Shown here: in pieces, positions 39,275-52,340 of the stretch
Layout: every line of letters begins with the position of its first letter
Numbering within the stretch: the stretch's first letter is position 1
NCBI GenBank assembly: GCA_036785375.1
Contig: JAWMAR010000128.1
Location: 4,774,001 to 4,838,000, forward strand
Length of the DNA: 64,000 nt
Direction of reading: 5' to 3'
Source: Leucoraja ocellata
Lineage: Eukaryota
Translations under genes and position numbers: made by a program
Notes under the pieces: generated by a model
What the model saw: only the letters and a program-made list of their open reading frames with translations
Databases searched by the model: none
What the model was told of the DNA's origin: nothing

Positions 39275-40136
39275 GTGAGTCGTTTTAATAATCCATTGAA
39301 TATTCAGATTCAGGACAATGAAATGACTGTGCTTACTTATAATTTACGAGGCCATTGGTTTATCTACGCACTTTTTAAAAATCTGATCGGGGGATTCTAG
39401 CTTGCTATGGGTGAAGTTATGATATGTTAGCGAGTATTCTTTATCACCAAAAGACATGTAGTGCTGGAGTGACTCTGATGGTCAGGCAGTATCTCTGCGG
39501 AACATGGAAATGCGATGTTTCGTGTATGGATCCTTCTTCAGACGTCACCTCTCCATCTTCTCCAAAGATGCTGCCTGTCCCACTGAGTTACTCCAGCGCT
39601 CCGTGTTCTTATGTGTAAAGCAGCATCTGCGGTTCCTTGTTTCTACATCCCTTGTCACAAGTTTATTTTCCAGAACAATTCCCTTTAATTGGTCGTTACG
39701 AATATATTTTAGACATTTACACACCAAACCGTTGGATGTGATGGCACACCTTTGCCGGAGCAAAATTTGGGGAGAGTTTCCAACAATAGTATAACTGATA
39801 TCTAGTTTGCATGTTGGTATAAAACATGTGCCGGCCAGTACGCGGCCGAAATATCAGCTCTCCTGAATTTTATTTTCATTGCGTATACGAGAGATGTATA
39901 CTAACAGAAGTGATAAGATACGAACTGCAAATCCACCATCACCCATCGGCGCAGCCGATGTTGCCATGATCCGCTCACCTGGATCGTCAAAAATCGGAAT
40001 TTCCAGAGCAACTCGACAATCATTGTATTTGACATTCATTTGCCCTTCAAGAGAGAGCTAGATAGGGCTCTTAAAATAGCGGAGCCAGGGAATATGGGGA
40101 GAAGGCAAGAACGGGGAACTGATTGGGGAAGATCAG

Positions 40137-40828
40137 TAGGCATGCAGGTGCAGCAGGCAGTAAAGAAAGCGAATGGTATGTTAGCTTTCATTGCAAAAGG
40201 ATTTGAGTATAGGAGCAGAGAGGTTCTACTGCAGTTGTACAGGGTCTTGGTGAGACCACACCTGGAGTATTGCGTACAGTTTTGGTCTCCTAATCTGAGG
40301 AAAGACATTCTTGCCATAGAGGGAGTACATAGAGGGAGGTTCACCAGACTGATTCCTGGGATGTCAGGACTTTCTTATGAAGAAAGACTGGATAGACTTG
40401 GTTTATACTCTCTAGAATTTAGAAGATTGAGAGGGGATCTTATAGAAACTTACAAAATTCTTAAGGGGTTGGACAGGCTAGATGCAGGAAGATTGTTCCC
40501 GATGTTAGGGAAGTCCAGGACAAGGGGTCACAGCTTAAGGATAAAGGGGAAATCCTTTAAAACCGAGATGAGACGAACTTTTTTCACGCAGAGAGTGGTG
40601 AATCTCTGGAACTCTCTGCCACAGAGGGTAGTTGAGGCCAGTTCATTGGCTATATTTAAGAGGGAGTTAGATGTGGCCCTTGTGGCTAAGGGGATCAGGG
40701 GGTATGGAGAGAAGGCAGGTACGGGATACTGAGTTGGATGATCAGCCATGATCATATTGAATGGCGGTGCAGGCTCGAAGGGCCGAATGGCCTACTCCTG
40801 CACCTAATTTCTATGTTTCTATGTTTCT
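40137..40828 (+). mobile_element. Young 5'-truncated CR1 inserted in an older CR1 tail
   Basis: Near-identical to 23293-23980. Flanked by an ATCAG duplication inside an older 3'UTR. Confidence 0.9.
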
Positions 40829-41780
40829 ATCAGCGGTGATCACATTGAATGGCGGTGCTGGCTCGAAGGGCCAAATGACTTACTCCTGCACCTATTGTCT
40901 ATTGTCTATTCTTCAAAAGAGAAATGGAAAAAAATAAACAGTCATACTGGGAGGAAGGAGGACGCTTGGCTATTTTGGTGTTGTATTGTATTTTAATGAC
41001 CACACAGCCAGACTGATGGAATTTGTTATCAGTACAGCTCGGTACAGGTTCCAACATTTCATCAAACATTTAAACATATAGCATAGATATACATACAAAC
41101 AGACACATTACATAATACACAAGGGCCATGCTTATTCTTATTCCTCACCGTACAGAGTTTAAAATGTTAATTGCAGTGGGAATGAAACTGTTTTTGAAGC
41201 GGTTTGTTTTGGAGGCAATTGTCCTGTAGCGCCTCCCAGAGGGCAGTAGCTGAAAGGCATAGTGTGCAGGGTGAGTAGGATCAGAGATGATCTTGCGGGC
41301 TGTGTGTAATGTCCGTTTGTGGTAAAGTGATTCAAGGGATGGTAGGGGTAAGCCAACAATTTATATTATTTTCATAATTCCAAAATTTGCCATCGATTAT
41401 GACGGCGCTGTGGTGCGGCTGTTCGGGCCGCAGCCCATATTTCCCGGTAAAATACTGACCTCGGGTGCTGCGTACGTGCAGTTTTACACGTTTCCAATCG
41501 AGTGAATTTACATCCGAAGCCTCTGTTTCCTCTGAGACGTGAATGTTGGCAAGGTAATTTCCAGTTGTAAATTGCTCCTTGTAGAAGCTGAGGGTGTTGA
41601 TGGAGATGTGGGGAAATAGATCACTGGGACAATTAGTGGATTCTCCAATTGCTCTATGAGATAACAACATTTCACCGCAACAGCTTCCTTGTATGTCGCA
41701 ATGAAACATGGCCAATATATTTTAAGAAATGTTAACATGAACCAGCCACAAATGCCTAATAGTGTCCTTGAAACGATTAA

Positions 41781-42011
41781 AGGGCCTGTCCCACTTAGAC
41801 GTCATTTGCACGTCACGCAGATGGCGCGTGAAGATTTTGTACATCCCAAAATCCTGGGGCGCCGCGCGCGAACACGCGTCGCTGCCTACGATACCACTCA
41901 CCATGCGCGCGTAATGGGCACCACGCGCGCATCACGTGCGCGTCGTGCGTCGTGACGCGTAAATGATGTCGCGTAAATGACGCGCAAATGGCGCCCAAGT
42001 GGGACAGGCAT
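41781..42011. mobile_element. Harbinger-type MITE (intronic)
   Basis: TIRs GCCTGTCCCACTT...AAGTGGGACAGGC, preceded by TAA, CpG-rich interior. Confidence 0.7.
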
Positions 42012-42196
42012 TACTTTCTATTGTGCAGCGTACTATAAGTAACAAATCCGATATGGCACAGTTATTGAAATATATGTAAGGGTGAAAGTCACTGATATAT
42101 AGAATCGTCCCCTCCTGTTAATTCAGATATCAAAACTTTTTTTCTTCCAAATCCTATCGTATTCCAGCCTTACAGTCTTACGTGTCTTTTTCACAG

Positions 42197-43104
42197 TAAA
42201 TTTGGTGGCGATTGTGATCCTGTCTCGAGGAAAGTGCGGTCTCTCCAGATGCATCACGCGGTACCTGGTGGCCATGGCGGTGGCGGATCTACTGGTCGTG
42301 ATCACAGCTGTCATCTTCAATCGCATTATTGGCATTTACTTTTCAATTAGTTTTATGTCCTTGACTCCCGCTTGCACTCTCAGCACTGTGATCATTTATG
42401 CGGCCACCGAGAGTTCGGTCTGGTTAACGGTCGCTTTCACCTTTGACCGATTTGTAGCCATTTGTTGCCAAGAACTAAAAATAAAATATTCTACCGAAAG
42501 AACGGCGACTGTGGTCATTGGGACAATCTGTGTGTTGAGCTGTTTGAAGAGCGTCCCTTGGTACTTTATATACGAACCCCTCTACACAGTTAATGATGTG
42601 CCGTGGTTTTGCAACATAATATCAAGCTACTACACATCGGTGGCATGGACAATATTTGATTGGTTTGCACGAATTTTAAACCCAGGACTCCCGTTCCTAT
42701 TTATTTTCCTGCTCAATGGTCTGACTGTCAAACACATTCTAGTGGCCAACAAAGCTCGCGGGAGACTCCGGGCGAAGACCGGTGGAAAGAACCGTAGCGA
42801 CCCAGAGACTGAGAACCGAAGGAAGTCTATTATTTTGCTCTTTGCCATTTCCGGTAGTTTCATCCTTTTATGGATGACATACGTGGTCAATTTCCTTTAT
42901 GTGCAAATTTCAAATGAACCCTATTTCGGGGGTTCCAACTACAATGACCCAAGGTTCATTCGCCAAGAAAGTGGAAACATGCTCCAGTTGCTCAGCTGCT
43001 GCACCAACACCTGCATCTATGCAGCCACGCAAAGTAAATTCAGAGCGGAATTGAAGAATGCGGCAACCTATATTTGTAACCAAATGGCAGCATTGGTGAG
43101 GTAA
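42197..43104 (+). CDS. GPR139-like GPCR, gene 4, coding exon 2
   Basis: Acceptor ctttttcacag|TA. Intact 7TM frame, 325 aa with exon 1. Confidence 0.93.
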
Positions 43105-45424
43105 AGCGTCGCCGTGCTTCGGCTTCACTCACTTCTTGGATTATATTTCGTCACCTCTATCTTTCGTGCCCTAAATCGCGACAATTAGGCCTCTTGGTAT
43201 ACGCCCATGTCAATGCATTATCAACTCTAGATTATCCACACCATCAATCGCCTGAGTTTGCTCAATCCATTCGTCTTACCTTTCGTTCCCAACAGTCATT
43301 AGAGATGTGGGATCATCGAAGCATTCAGCATGCAAACAGGCCCTTCGGTCCATCGAGTCCGCGCCGACCATCAGACGCCCATATCCACTATTCCCATATT
43401 AATCCTTTATTCCAAAAGTTCATATTTGACCATATGGCCAATCGCATTTTTAGTAACTGTATTCCATCTGAACCGGGTTGTATAACACGAATCTCTTCCC
43501 AAAAATAGCACCTGTTTTTTTTCCCATCTCAGATAAACATGCAAAGGATGGCCCTTGTGGCTAAGGGGATCAGGGGGTATGGAGAGAAGGCAGGTACGGG
43601 ATACTGAGTTGGATGATCAGCCATGATCATATTGAATGGCGGTGCAGGCTCGAAGGGCCGAATGGCCTACTCCTGCACCTAATTTCTATGTCTACGTTTC
43701 TATGTTTACCTGAGTATTTGTTTACTTGTCATTTACGTTCCCGCATACTCTGTTACAACTTTTAATTCCTCCTTTAACTCTCGATCATCTGTGCCATCCT
43801 GGTTCAACATATATTTTGATCAACCTCAAGGAAATGTTGATCAGTCTCAAGGAAATAAAACATATTAGTCCGCTTGACTAGCAACATCATTGGGTTATTG
43901 ATAGGGGAAGATCGGCCATGATCACAATGAATGGCGGTGCTGGCTCGAAGGGCCGAATGGCCTCCTCCTGCACCTATTTTCTATGTCTATCAATTAAACG
44001 TCGTGAAATATAATGCAAAACACGTGAGAATTTTTTCTTTAAATTGAAGTCTGGCATTAAGTAAGTCTGACAGCGTATGCAGCAAAATAGAAAACGAGAT
44101 GAAAGGCGAAGGACATAGTGTTGTTTATAGATGAATGGAATTGGACCGTGATGTTGCCCGGTATCTGTAGGCCTCGGGCAGTAAATATAAGCTGTCAGGC
44201 CATCGATTTAAAGAAGGGTCTCGACCGGAAACGTCGCCTGCCCATTCCCTCCCCAGATGCATCCTGACCCGCAAAGTTCCCCCAGTATTATGTGTTTGCT
44301 CAAGATTTCTGGGTTTATAGTTTCTCGTGTCTCTGTGATCATCGTCTTCCGTGCACAGTGAGAAGGAAAGACGGGGTGGGAACGGGTTTGATATTGTTGG
44401 TTGAATTTCCCAGGCATTGGGAGAAAAAGGTGGGGCGTTTATTCTGGTGTTTGTTCTGATGCCAAAGAAAAGTGTGGTACCTGCCTTATTGACTGGCTCT
44501 GACATCCATTATGAATTGCTTCCAGAGATAAGTGATGGTGCACATTAAATCCAGTCTATCAGCCATACTTGATTCAAAGCAGTTTGATTACAGTTGCAAC
44601 AGGCCCACGGGAGACGCCATCTCTCTGGTCCTGAACCCATCTCTGGAACGCCCAAACAACGAGTACTGATATCTTACACACCTCTTTGTTGACTTATGTC
44701 AGAGCATTGGAAGGAGATAGAGAACGCAGTAACATGGTGTCACGCCAATAACCTCCTCCTCAATGTCAGCAAGACGGAGAAGCTAGGTGTCCATTTCAGG
44801 AAGCTTGGGTGAGTACATGCCCAAATCAGCATGAATAGGTCTGAAGGGGAAATAGTTTATACCTTCAAGTTCTTTGGCGTAACTATCAGCAACAATCTGT
44901 CATGGACCAACCAAATTGATGTGGCAGTGAAGAAGGCACACCACCTTCTTCCCGAAGAGCATAAGGAAATTCTGCATGTCTGATAGAGTCATAGAGTCAT
45001 AGTCATGGAGTCATAGAGTGATACAGCATTGAAACATGCCCAACTTGCCCACACAGGCCATCCTGTCCCAGCTACGCTTGTCCCACCTGTCTGCGTTTGG
45101 TCCATATCCGTCCAAACCTGTCCTATCCATGTACCTGTCTAACTGTTTCTGAAACGTTGAGATAGTTCCAGCCTCAACTACACCCTCTGGCAGCTTGTTC
45201 TATACACTCACCACCCTTTGTGTGAAAAAGCTATCCCTCATATTCCTAATTAAATCTTTTCCCCATCACCTTAAAGCTACGTCTTCTGGTCCGTGATTCC
45301 CCTACTCTGGGCAAGAGACTTTGTGCATCTACCTGATCTATTCCTCTCATTTTATACATTTCTCTAAGATCACCACCATACCCCTGCGTTCCAAGAATGG
45401 AGAATACAATGAACATCAATTATT

Positions 45425-46078
45425 TAGATAAAAGGATTCAAAGTAACATTAGCAAATTTGCAGATGACACAAAGCTGGGTGGCAGTGTGAACTAAGAGGA
45501 GGATGCTATGAGAATGCAGGGTGACTTGGACAGGTTGTGTGAGTGGGCAGGCACATGGTAGATGCAGTTTAATGTGGATACATGTGAAGTTGCCCACTTT
45601 GGTAGCAAAAACAGGAAGGCAGATTATTATCTAAATGTTGTCAAGTTGGGAAAAGAGGAAGTACAACGGGATCTGGGGGTCCTTGTTCATCAGTCAATGA
45701 AGTCAACAAGAGGAGTTGAGTATAGGAGCAAAGAGTTTATTAAATGTTTGGACACGCTAGAGGCAGGAAACATGTTCCCGATGTTGGGGGGAGTCCATTA
45801 AGTATAAGGGGTAGACCATTTAGAACCGAGATGTGGAAACACTTTTTCACAGAGATTTGTGAGTGTGGAATTTTCTGCCTCAGACGGCGTTGGAGGCCGG
45901 TTCTCTGGATACTTTTAAGAGAGAGCTTGATAAGGCCCTTAAAGATAGCGGTCAGGTGATGTGGGGAGAAGGCAAGAACGGGGTACTGGTTGTGGATGAT
46001 GAGCCATGATCACATTGAATTACGGTGCTGGCTCGAAGGGCCGAATGGCCTACTCCTGCATCTATTGTCTATTGTCTA
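45425..46078 (+). mobile_element. Internally deleted CR1 fragment nested in other repeats
   Basis: KFADDTKLGG remnant through to a (CTATTGT)n tail. Confidence 0.8.
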
Positions 46079-46764
46079 TAGAGTCCCAGCTGACTCAACC
46101 TCTCCCTATAGCTCAGACCCTCTAGCCCTGGCAACATCCTCGTAAATCTTCTCTGTACCCTTTCCAGCTTGACAACATTGTTCCTATGACATCTCCAATG
46201 ACTCTTTCAAACCTTTACAGAAGCACATTAAAAAGCATGCTGTCGCGTTGCATCGCTGTTTGATTTGGGAACAACTCTGCCCAAGACGGTAAAAACATGG
46301 AGAGCGTTGCTTAAACCATCACACAGACCAGATGTCCCACGATTGAGTCCACCAACACATCACGCTGGCTTGGAAAAGCATCCAACATAAACAAAGACTT
46401 GTCCCAACCCGGTCATTCCTTCTTCTCACTGCTGCCATCCAGCAAACGGTACCAATACTTAAAAGTGCTCACCACTAGATGCGGGAACAGTTTGTTATCA
46501 GGCTCCAGAAAAATCCTTTGTGTACAAATACATAGTATTTGTGTACGGAACTAATGCGCTACAATGCTGAGGACTACTTTCTGCTCTCTTTTGCTCTATC
46601 TGTTCTACTTGAATTTGACTCGAATGTATTTATGTATAGTATATCTGATCTGTTTAGATATCATACCAAACAAAGCTTTCCACGGCACCTCTGTACATGT
46701 GAAAATAATAAACTTAAACCTGAACCTGACACCAATTTACTGAGAATCGCATCCAATCCTGGAT

Positions 46765-47186
46765 AGACTCGCTAGAATTGAGAAGATTGAGGGGGGATCT
46801 TATAGAAATTACAAAATGATTGAGTGGTTGGACAAGCTAGATGCAGGAAGATTATTCCCGATGTTGGGGAAGTCCAGAACAAGGGGTCACAGTTGAAGGA
46901 TAAGGGGGAAGTATTTTAGGACCGAGATGAGAAAATCATTTTTTACACAGTGAGTGGTGAATCTGTGGAATTCTCTGCCACAGAAGGTAGTTGAGGCCAG
47001 TTCATTGGCTATATTTAAGAGGGAGTTAGATGTGGCCCTTGTGGCTGAAGGGATCAGGGGATATGGAGAGAAGGCAGGTACAGGATACTGAGTTGGATGA
47101 TCAGCCATGATCACATTGAATGGCGGTGCAGGCTCGAAGGGCCGAATGGCCTACTCTTGCACCTATTTTCTATGTTTCTATGTTTC
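46765..47186 (+). mobile_element. CR1 LINE 3' fragment
   Basis: ORF2 end plus tail. Confidence 0.85.
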
Positions 47187-47776
47187 CAATCCTATGTATT
47201 AGTTATAGATTCAAAGGTGAAAATTAACGTTCGTTCTCTACAGCAAAAATAGCCAATTATGTTGCATCACCATCGATATCAGTTACGTTGCTTGAACAAA
47301 TAAGTTCATGCATCCGACATGTTGTTTATTTGCCGATTCACGCCAGAACATCGAATGTTTCTAAACGGATTCACTGCGTCCGCCAATGGTTGTAATTTAC
47401 TCTCCCTATCTCCATATAAACTAAACTAAGCCAAGAAACAAATATTAGATTACAATTAAATTAATTATTATGGAATGCTATGAACACGCACCGACGCCGT
47501 ATATCAGTGCCACTGGCCCAGTAATCCACCTCGCCACTTCCCCCTGGTGGTTAAAGTTGGAATTCATTCCAAATGATACGATGACTGCGTCAGAACCGGG
47601 TGAAGGGTGGGTAAGGATATTAAATAGGTATATCTCTTTCAATCTCTTTCTTTTTATTTCCTTTCTTTTTCTCTATTTCTTTGTTTTTCCTTCTCTTTTT
47701 TCCTTTCCATCTCTTTCTGCCTTTTCTCCGGGCTTTCTTTACTATCTCACGAACTAACACTATCATCACTGATTAT

Positions 47777-47812
47777 CAGTCTGAAGAAGGGTTTCGGCCC
47801 GAAACGTCGCCT
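47777..47812 (+). ncRNA. Minimal type I hammerhead ribozyme-like core
   Basis: CTGAAGA-A-GGGT-TTCG-GCCC-GAAA-CG-TC: conserved core boxes, helix II with UUCG loop, vestigial palindromic helix III. Helix I pairing is weak in this copy. Confidence 0.55.
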
Positions 47813-47905
47813 ATTTCCTTCGCTCCGTGGATGCTGCTGCACCCGCTGAGTTTCTCCAGCATTTTTGTGTACCTTCGATCTTCCAGCATCTGCAGTTCCT
47901 TCTTG
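47777..47905 (+). mobile_element. 129-bp Penelope-like insertion with 12-bp target-site duplication
   Basis: Flanked by ATCACTGATTAT (47765-47776, 47906-47917). Confidence 0.7.
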
Positions 47906-48240
47906 ATCACTGATTATGAGACTCTTTTCCTCTCTATCTTTGCTTGTCTAATTTTCTGTTCTATTTATTCTGTTAAATTTGAAACAAGAAGTTGTACATG
48001 AACTGTAATATCTCATTATGTATTAGCTACTTATGTACTACATTATTGTACTTACTTCTAATTTTTATTTTTTAATCTATCGCAAACGCACTTTGAATCT
48101 TTGGAATTCTTTACCCAAGGCCGCTGTGGAAGTCCGGCCCTGACGTTCATTCAATATCGATCAAGCTTGTTCGTGGAATTAAATTGCCCAAAGTGGAGAT
48201 ATTGGTGGGAGACGACGCTGAGATTGAGGGTTTTAGGTTG

Positions 48241-48301
48241 GTTTAGTTTAGTTTAGTTGTCATTAGTTTAGTTTAGTTTAGTTTAGTTTAGTTTAGTTTA
48301 G

Positions 48302-48329
<28 letters not shown>
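48241..48329. repeat. (TTTAG)n microsatellite
   Basis: Direct observation. Confidence 0.9.
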
Positions 48330-48333
<4 letters not shown>

Positions 48334-49277
48334 TCACGTGTACCTGGAAGGCGAATTCCGTAGGCCAATCGAATCCTGCTATCAGAGATACGAGGAACTG
48401 CAGATGATGGGATCTTGATCTAAGCACAAAGTGCTGGAGAAACTCAGCGGCCAGGTCGCACCTATGGAGAGAATGGATAGGCGACGGTAAAATATTGCCC
48501 CGCATAGCGAGTGCTGGGTGCCTGGAATGGTGGTGGAGGCTGGTATAATCGTGGCATGCAAGAGGCTTTTAGGTAGGCTCAAGAAATGTTCAGGTAGAAA
48601 ATGTTAGCTTTCGGGTCTGGGGCTTATTATTGTCGCATGTAGAGTGAAAAGCTTTATTTTTGCATATCTACAATCAGATCAGATAATACTAAAGTCAAAC
48701 TCAAGGTCACTAGGTAGAGTGAAGGGGAAGATACAGAATGCAGAATATAGTTATCAGAATTGTAGCGCATCGGGTTCATAGACAAAATTCCAATATCCAA
48801 AAGGGGTAGAGGTGAATCTGACAGAACTCCAACTTATGAAAGCACCATTCAGGAGAAACTGGTCCCGGGTCAGGTGGTGCGCGCTTTTGAGCTCCTGTGA
48901 CTTCTGGAGCAAGGACATGAAATAATGATCGGAGTGGGACAACTCTTTGATTGTGTTGGCTGCTTTTCTGAGGCAGCGTGATAGGTAGATGGGGTCAATG
49001 GTGGGAATTTGGGTCAGTGATGGACTGCGCTATATCTACAGTTCTCTATAATTCATTGAGGTCTTAGGCAGAGCTCTTCCCAAACCAATCTGCAACGCAG
49101 CCCGACCAATATGCTTCCTATGGTGCATCTGTAAACGTGTGTAAGAGTCGTTGTGGATATGCTGACTTTCCCCAGTCTCCTCGGGAACCATTGGTGCTGA
49201 TTGGGGCATACGCTCCACCAGGCCTCCTTAAGTGGGTAACTAACTGCTTCGTCTTGCTGACGTCGAGATATTGGTAA

Positions 49278-49484
49278 TGCCCCTGTCCCACGTATGAAAC
49301 GTGAACGGAAACCTCTGGAGACTTTGCGCCCCACCCAAGATTTCCGTGCGGTTCCCGGAGGTTTTTTGTCAGTCTCCCTACCTGTTTCCACTACCTGCAA
49401 CCTCCGGCAACCGCACGGAAACCTTGGGTGGGGCGCAAAGTCTCCAGAGGTTTCTGTTCGGGTTTTCTAAGTGGGACAGGGGCA
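49278..49484. mobile_element. Harbinger-type MITE
   Basis: Same TIRs as 13118-13353, with TAA/TTA flanks. Confidence 0.78.
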
Positions 49485-50753
49485 TTATTGTCCTGATACT
49501 AAGTTTTCACTCTCCTTGTACACCGTCCTGTCATTCTCGTGATATGGCCCAACACAATGTGTCGTCTGCAATTTTATACGTGGAGCTGGAGGGGAATTTG
49601 ACCGTAGAGTAGTGAGTATATAGGGAGCGTAACAGGGGACGGAGAATGCATCCCTGCGAGGCATCGGCGTGGAGGAGATTTGACATCTACCCTCACTGAT
49701 GTGATCAGTGAGTCAGAAGATCGAAAATCCAATGGCAGGTGGGACTGTTGACCTTCGATCCACGTGTTTGGAGATCAGTTTGGATTGGAGTATTATGTTG
49801 AAGGGGGAGCTATGGACGATAAATAGGCATCTCTCGGAGCCCTTGTCGTCTAGATGTTCTAGAATTGAGCTTAGGGTCAGGTAGATGGCGTCTGCTGTGG
49901 ATCTGTGCACATGACCGCGTGGCTTCGTTCGTCGTGGATATTATGAGCCGAATGGACTGTTCCTGTGCTATGTTCTATGTTCCATATTATATATACGATA
50001 TACATATAGACAAGGGGCAGAATTTGGGCAGTGGGCAGGTGCTATAGACCTGCACGGGAAGGTAGTCGCTCCAGCCCCCATAGGTCTCGGGCAGATGGGG
50101 CTCGTCAGTCTGGGAAGGCAGTCCATCTAGGAGAGGGAAAACTCTGATTTAAAACCTCTACGACCTTGTGGCCATATCCAGTCATGGAAAACGCTCCTGG
50201 AGTAAACCTCAAGAAAATCAGGAGTCGGAGCCCCCAAGGCAGTTCGTCGTTGTCTACAACCTCGCCCTGGCAGCTCCTGCTGCAGCGCTGGTGCCAAACT
50301 GTAACGGCCCTGCTGTTCCTTTGGATCGATCGGCGACGTGGAGAGGGGGGACGTGCCACATGGGCAACAGCCTGTCCTCCATATGACATCGCCCAGCCTT
50401 GCATCCGACCACACATCACCTGCAAACTAGGATGCATCGCCCATGGCCAGTCATGACCGAAGGGGGCCTACTACTAAGGGACATTCTCCTTATCTGAAGA
50501 TGTGTTACTCAAATGTGTCTCCCGTTCTAAAGAACCAGAGCGAGAAATAACGTAATTGCTGAAACTAATGTGATAAATCCATGTGATCAAATTAACGGTG
50601 ACGTAAAATAATTAGCATATTGACGCGTGGAACTGATCTTAATTGTAACGTTATCTCATTTTCTCTCTAGGGTTAATATCAAATATAACATGGATTCATA
50701 TAAAAGTCAATTAGAACATCGGGAATGAATGCTAGTCACGACGTCTCTGAAGC

Positions 50754-50823
50754 ATGCATGTCCCTCCCACAGGTCTGGCATATGCCATCTACTACACCTC
50801 ACTTGCGGTTCTCGCTGTTCCAG
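50754..50823 (+). CDS. GPR139-like gene 5 (subfamily B), coding exon 1
   Basis: 70 nt, MHVPPTGLAYAIYYTSLAVLAVP + G|gtaaaa. TATAAAA at 50699. The intron spans a gap, so pairing with exon 2 is assumed. Confidence 0.85.
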
Positions 50824-51254
50824 GTAAAAGACTGCAACAGGATACTTATTTTCTAATATCTTTACTGTCCGGTATTACAGTGAGCTGAACGTGAGGCTAC
50901 AATAGGGAAAACCTTCGCCTGCATCACATCGGGAATAATGTGTTCAGCTCCAAGCATCGCTGTTCTTGAAGTATGTATTTCAGTAAACAAAGCACGCATT
51001 TTTTCGGAGAATATACTGAGTGCTGGGGTAACTGAGCGGATCAGGCAGCATCTCCGGGGAGCATGGATAGCCGACGTTTCGGGTCAGGGCGCTGCTTGTG
51101 TTCAGGGAAATGTGTTGGTCTAGATGCATAGAACATGAAAACGGTCACGAGTAGTAAAATATTTTGTACGTTTATATAGGTTAAACAGGCAGCGTTGGAG
51201 TGATGGCTACAGTGACATCTACGGCGCTCCGTGCCAGTCCCCTCTTTTGGTGGC

Positions 51255-51645
51255 ATATATTAAAGATTGTTAAGGGCTTGGACACGCAAGAGGCAGGAAA
51301 CATGTTCTCGATGTTGGGGGAGTCCAGAACCAGGGGCCACAGTTTAAGAATAAGGAGTAAACCATTTAGAACGGAGACGAGGAAACACTTTTTCTCACAG
51401 AGAGTGGTGAGTCTGTAAAATTCTCTGCCTCAGATGGCGGTGGAGGCATGTTCTCTGGATGCTTTCAAGATAGAGCTAGATAGGGCCATTAAAATAGCGG
51501 AATCAGGGGATATGGGGAGAAGGCAGGAACGGGGTACTGATTGGGACTGATCAGCCATGATCACATTGAAGGGCGGTGCTGGCTCGAAGGGCCAAATGGC
51601 CTACTCCTGCACCTATTGTATATTGTCTATTGTCTATTGTCTATT
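51255..51645 (+). mobile_element. CR1 LINE 3' fragment (intronic)
   Basis: ESRTRGHSLRI..FFSQRVV remnant with CTATTGT tail. Confidence 0.85.
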
Positions 51646-51916
51646 TGTCCTCAAACCAAACGAGTTGTCCTCAAAGCAAATTATTTGTCCTTCAGCCAAG
51701 AGATCTATTAGGAATGTTACATTTAAAACTACAATTGGCAATGTTATCTGAAGTGCGGAAAAGTGTTTCAAGAAGTAGAATCCATAAAACAATGTCAAAG
51801 AGACAAATAGTATTCACGCGGAGAGATTTAAAGTTATGCATCTGGAAAGGACTAAACAGGTGTGGATGCGTGAATGTAAAATGCGGAGAAACGTACAGGA
51901 AGAAGTAAACTCAATT

Positions 51917-52340
51917 CATAGAAACATAGAAAATAGGAACAGGAGTAGGCCATTCGGCCCTTCGAGCCTGCACCGCCATTCAATATGATCATGGCTGATC
52001 ATCCAAATCAATATCCCATACCTGCCTTCTCTCCATACCCCCTGATCCCTTTAGCCACAAGGGCCACATCTAACTCCCTCTTAAATATAGCCAATGAACT
52101 GGCCTCAATTGCCTTCTGTGGCAGAGAATTCCAGAGATTCACCACTCTCAGTGTAAAACATGTTTTTCTCAACTCGGTCCTAAAATACTTCCCTCTTATC
52201 CTTAAACTGTGACCCCTTGTTCTGGACTTCCCCAACACCGCGAATAATCTTTCTGCATCTAGCCTGTCCAACCCCTTAAGAATTTTGTAAGTTTCTATAA
52301 GACACCCCCCCCCCCCCCCCCAATCTTCTAAATTCTAGTG
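51917..52340 (-). mobile_element. CR1 LINE 3' fragment (intronic)
   Basis: ORF 52008-52271 and tail. Confidence 0.85.
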
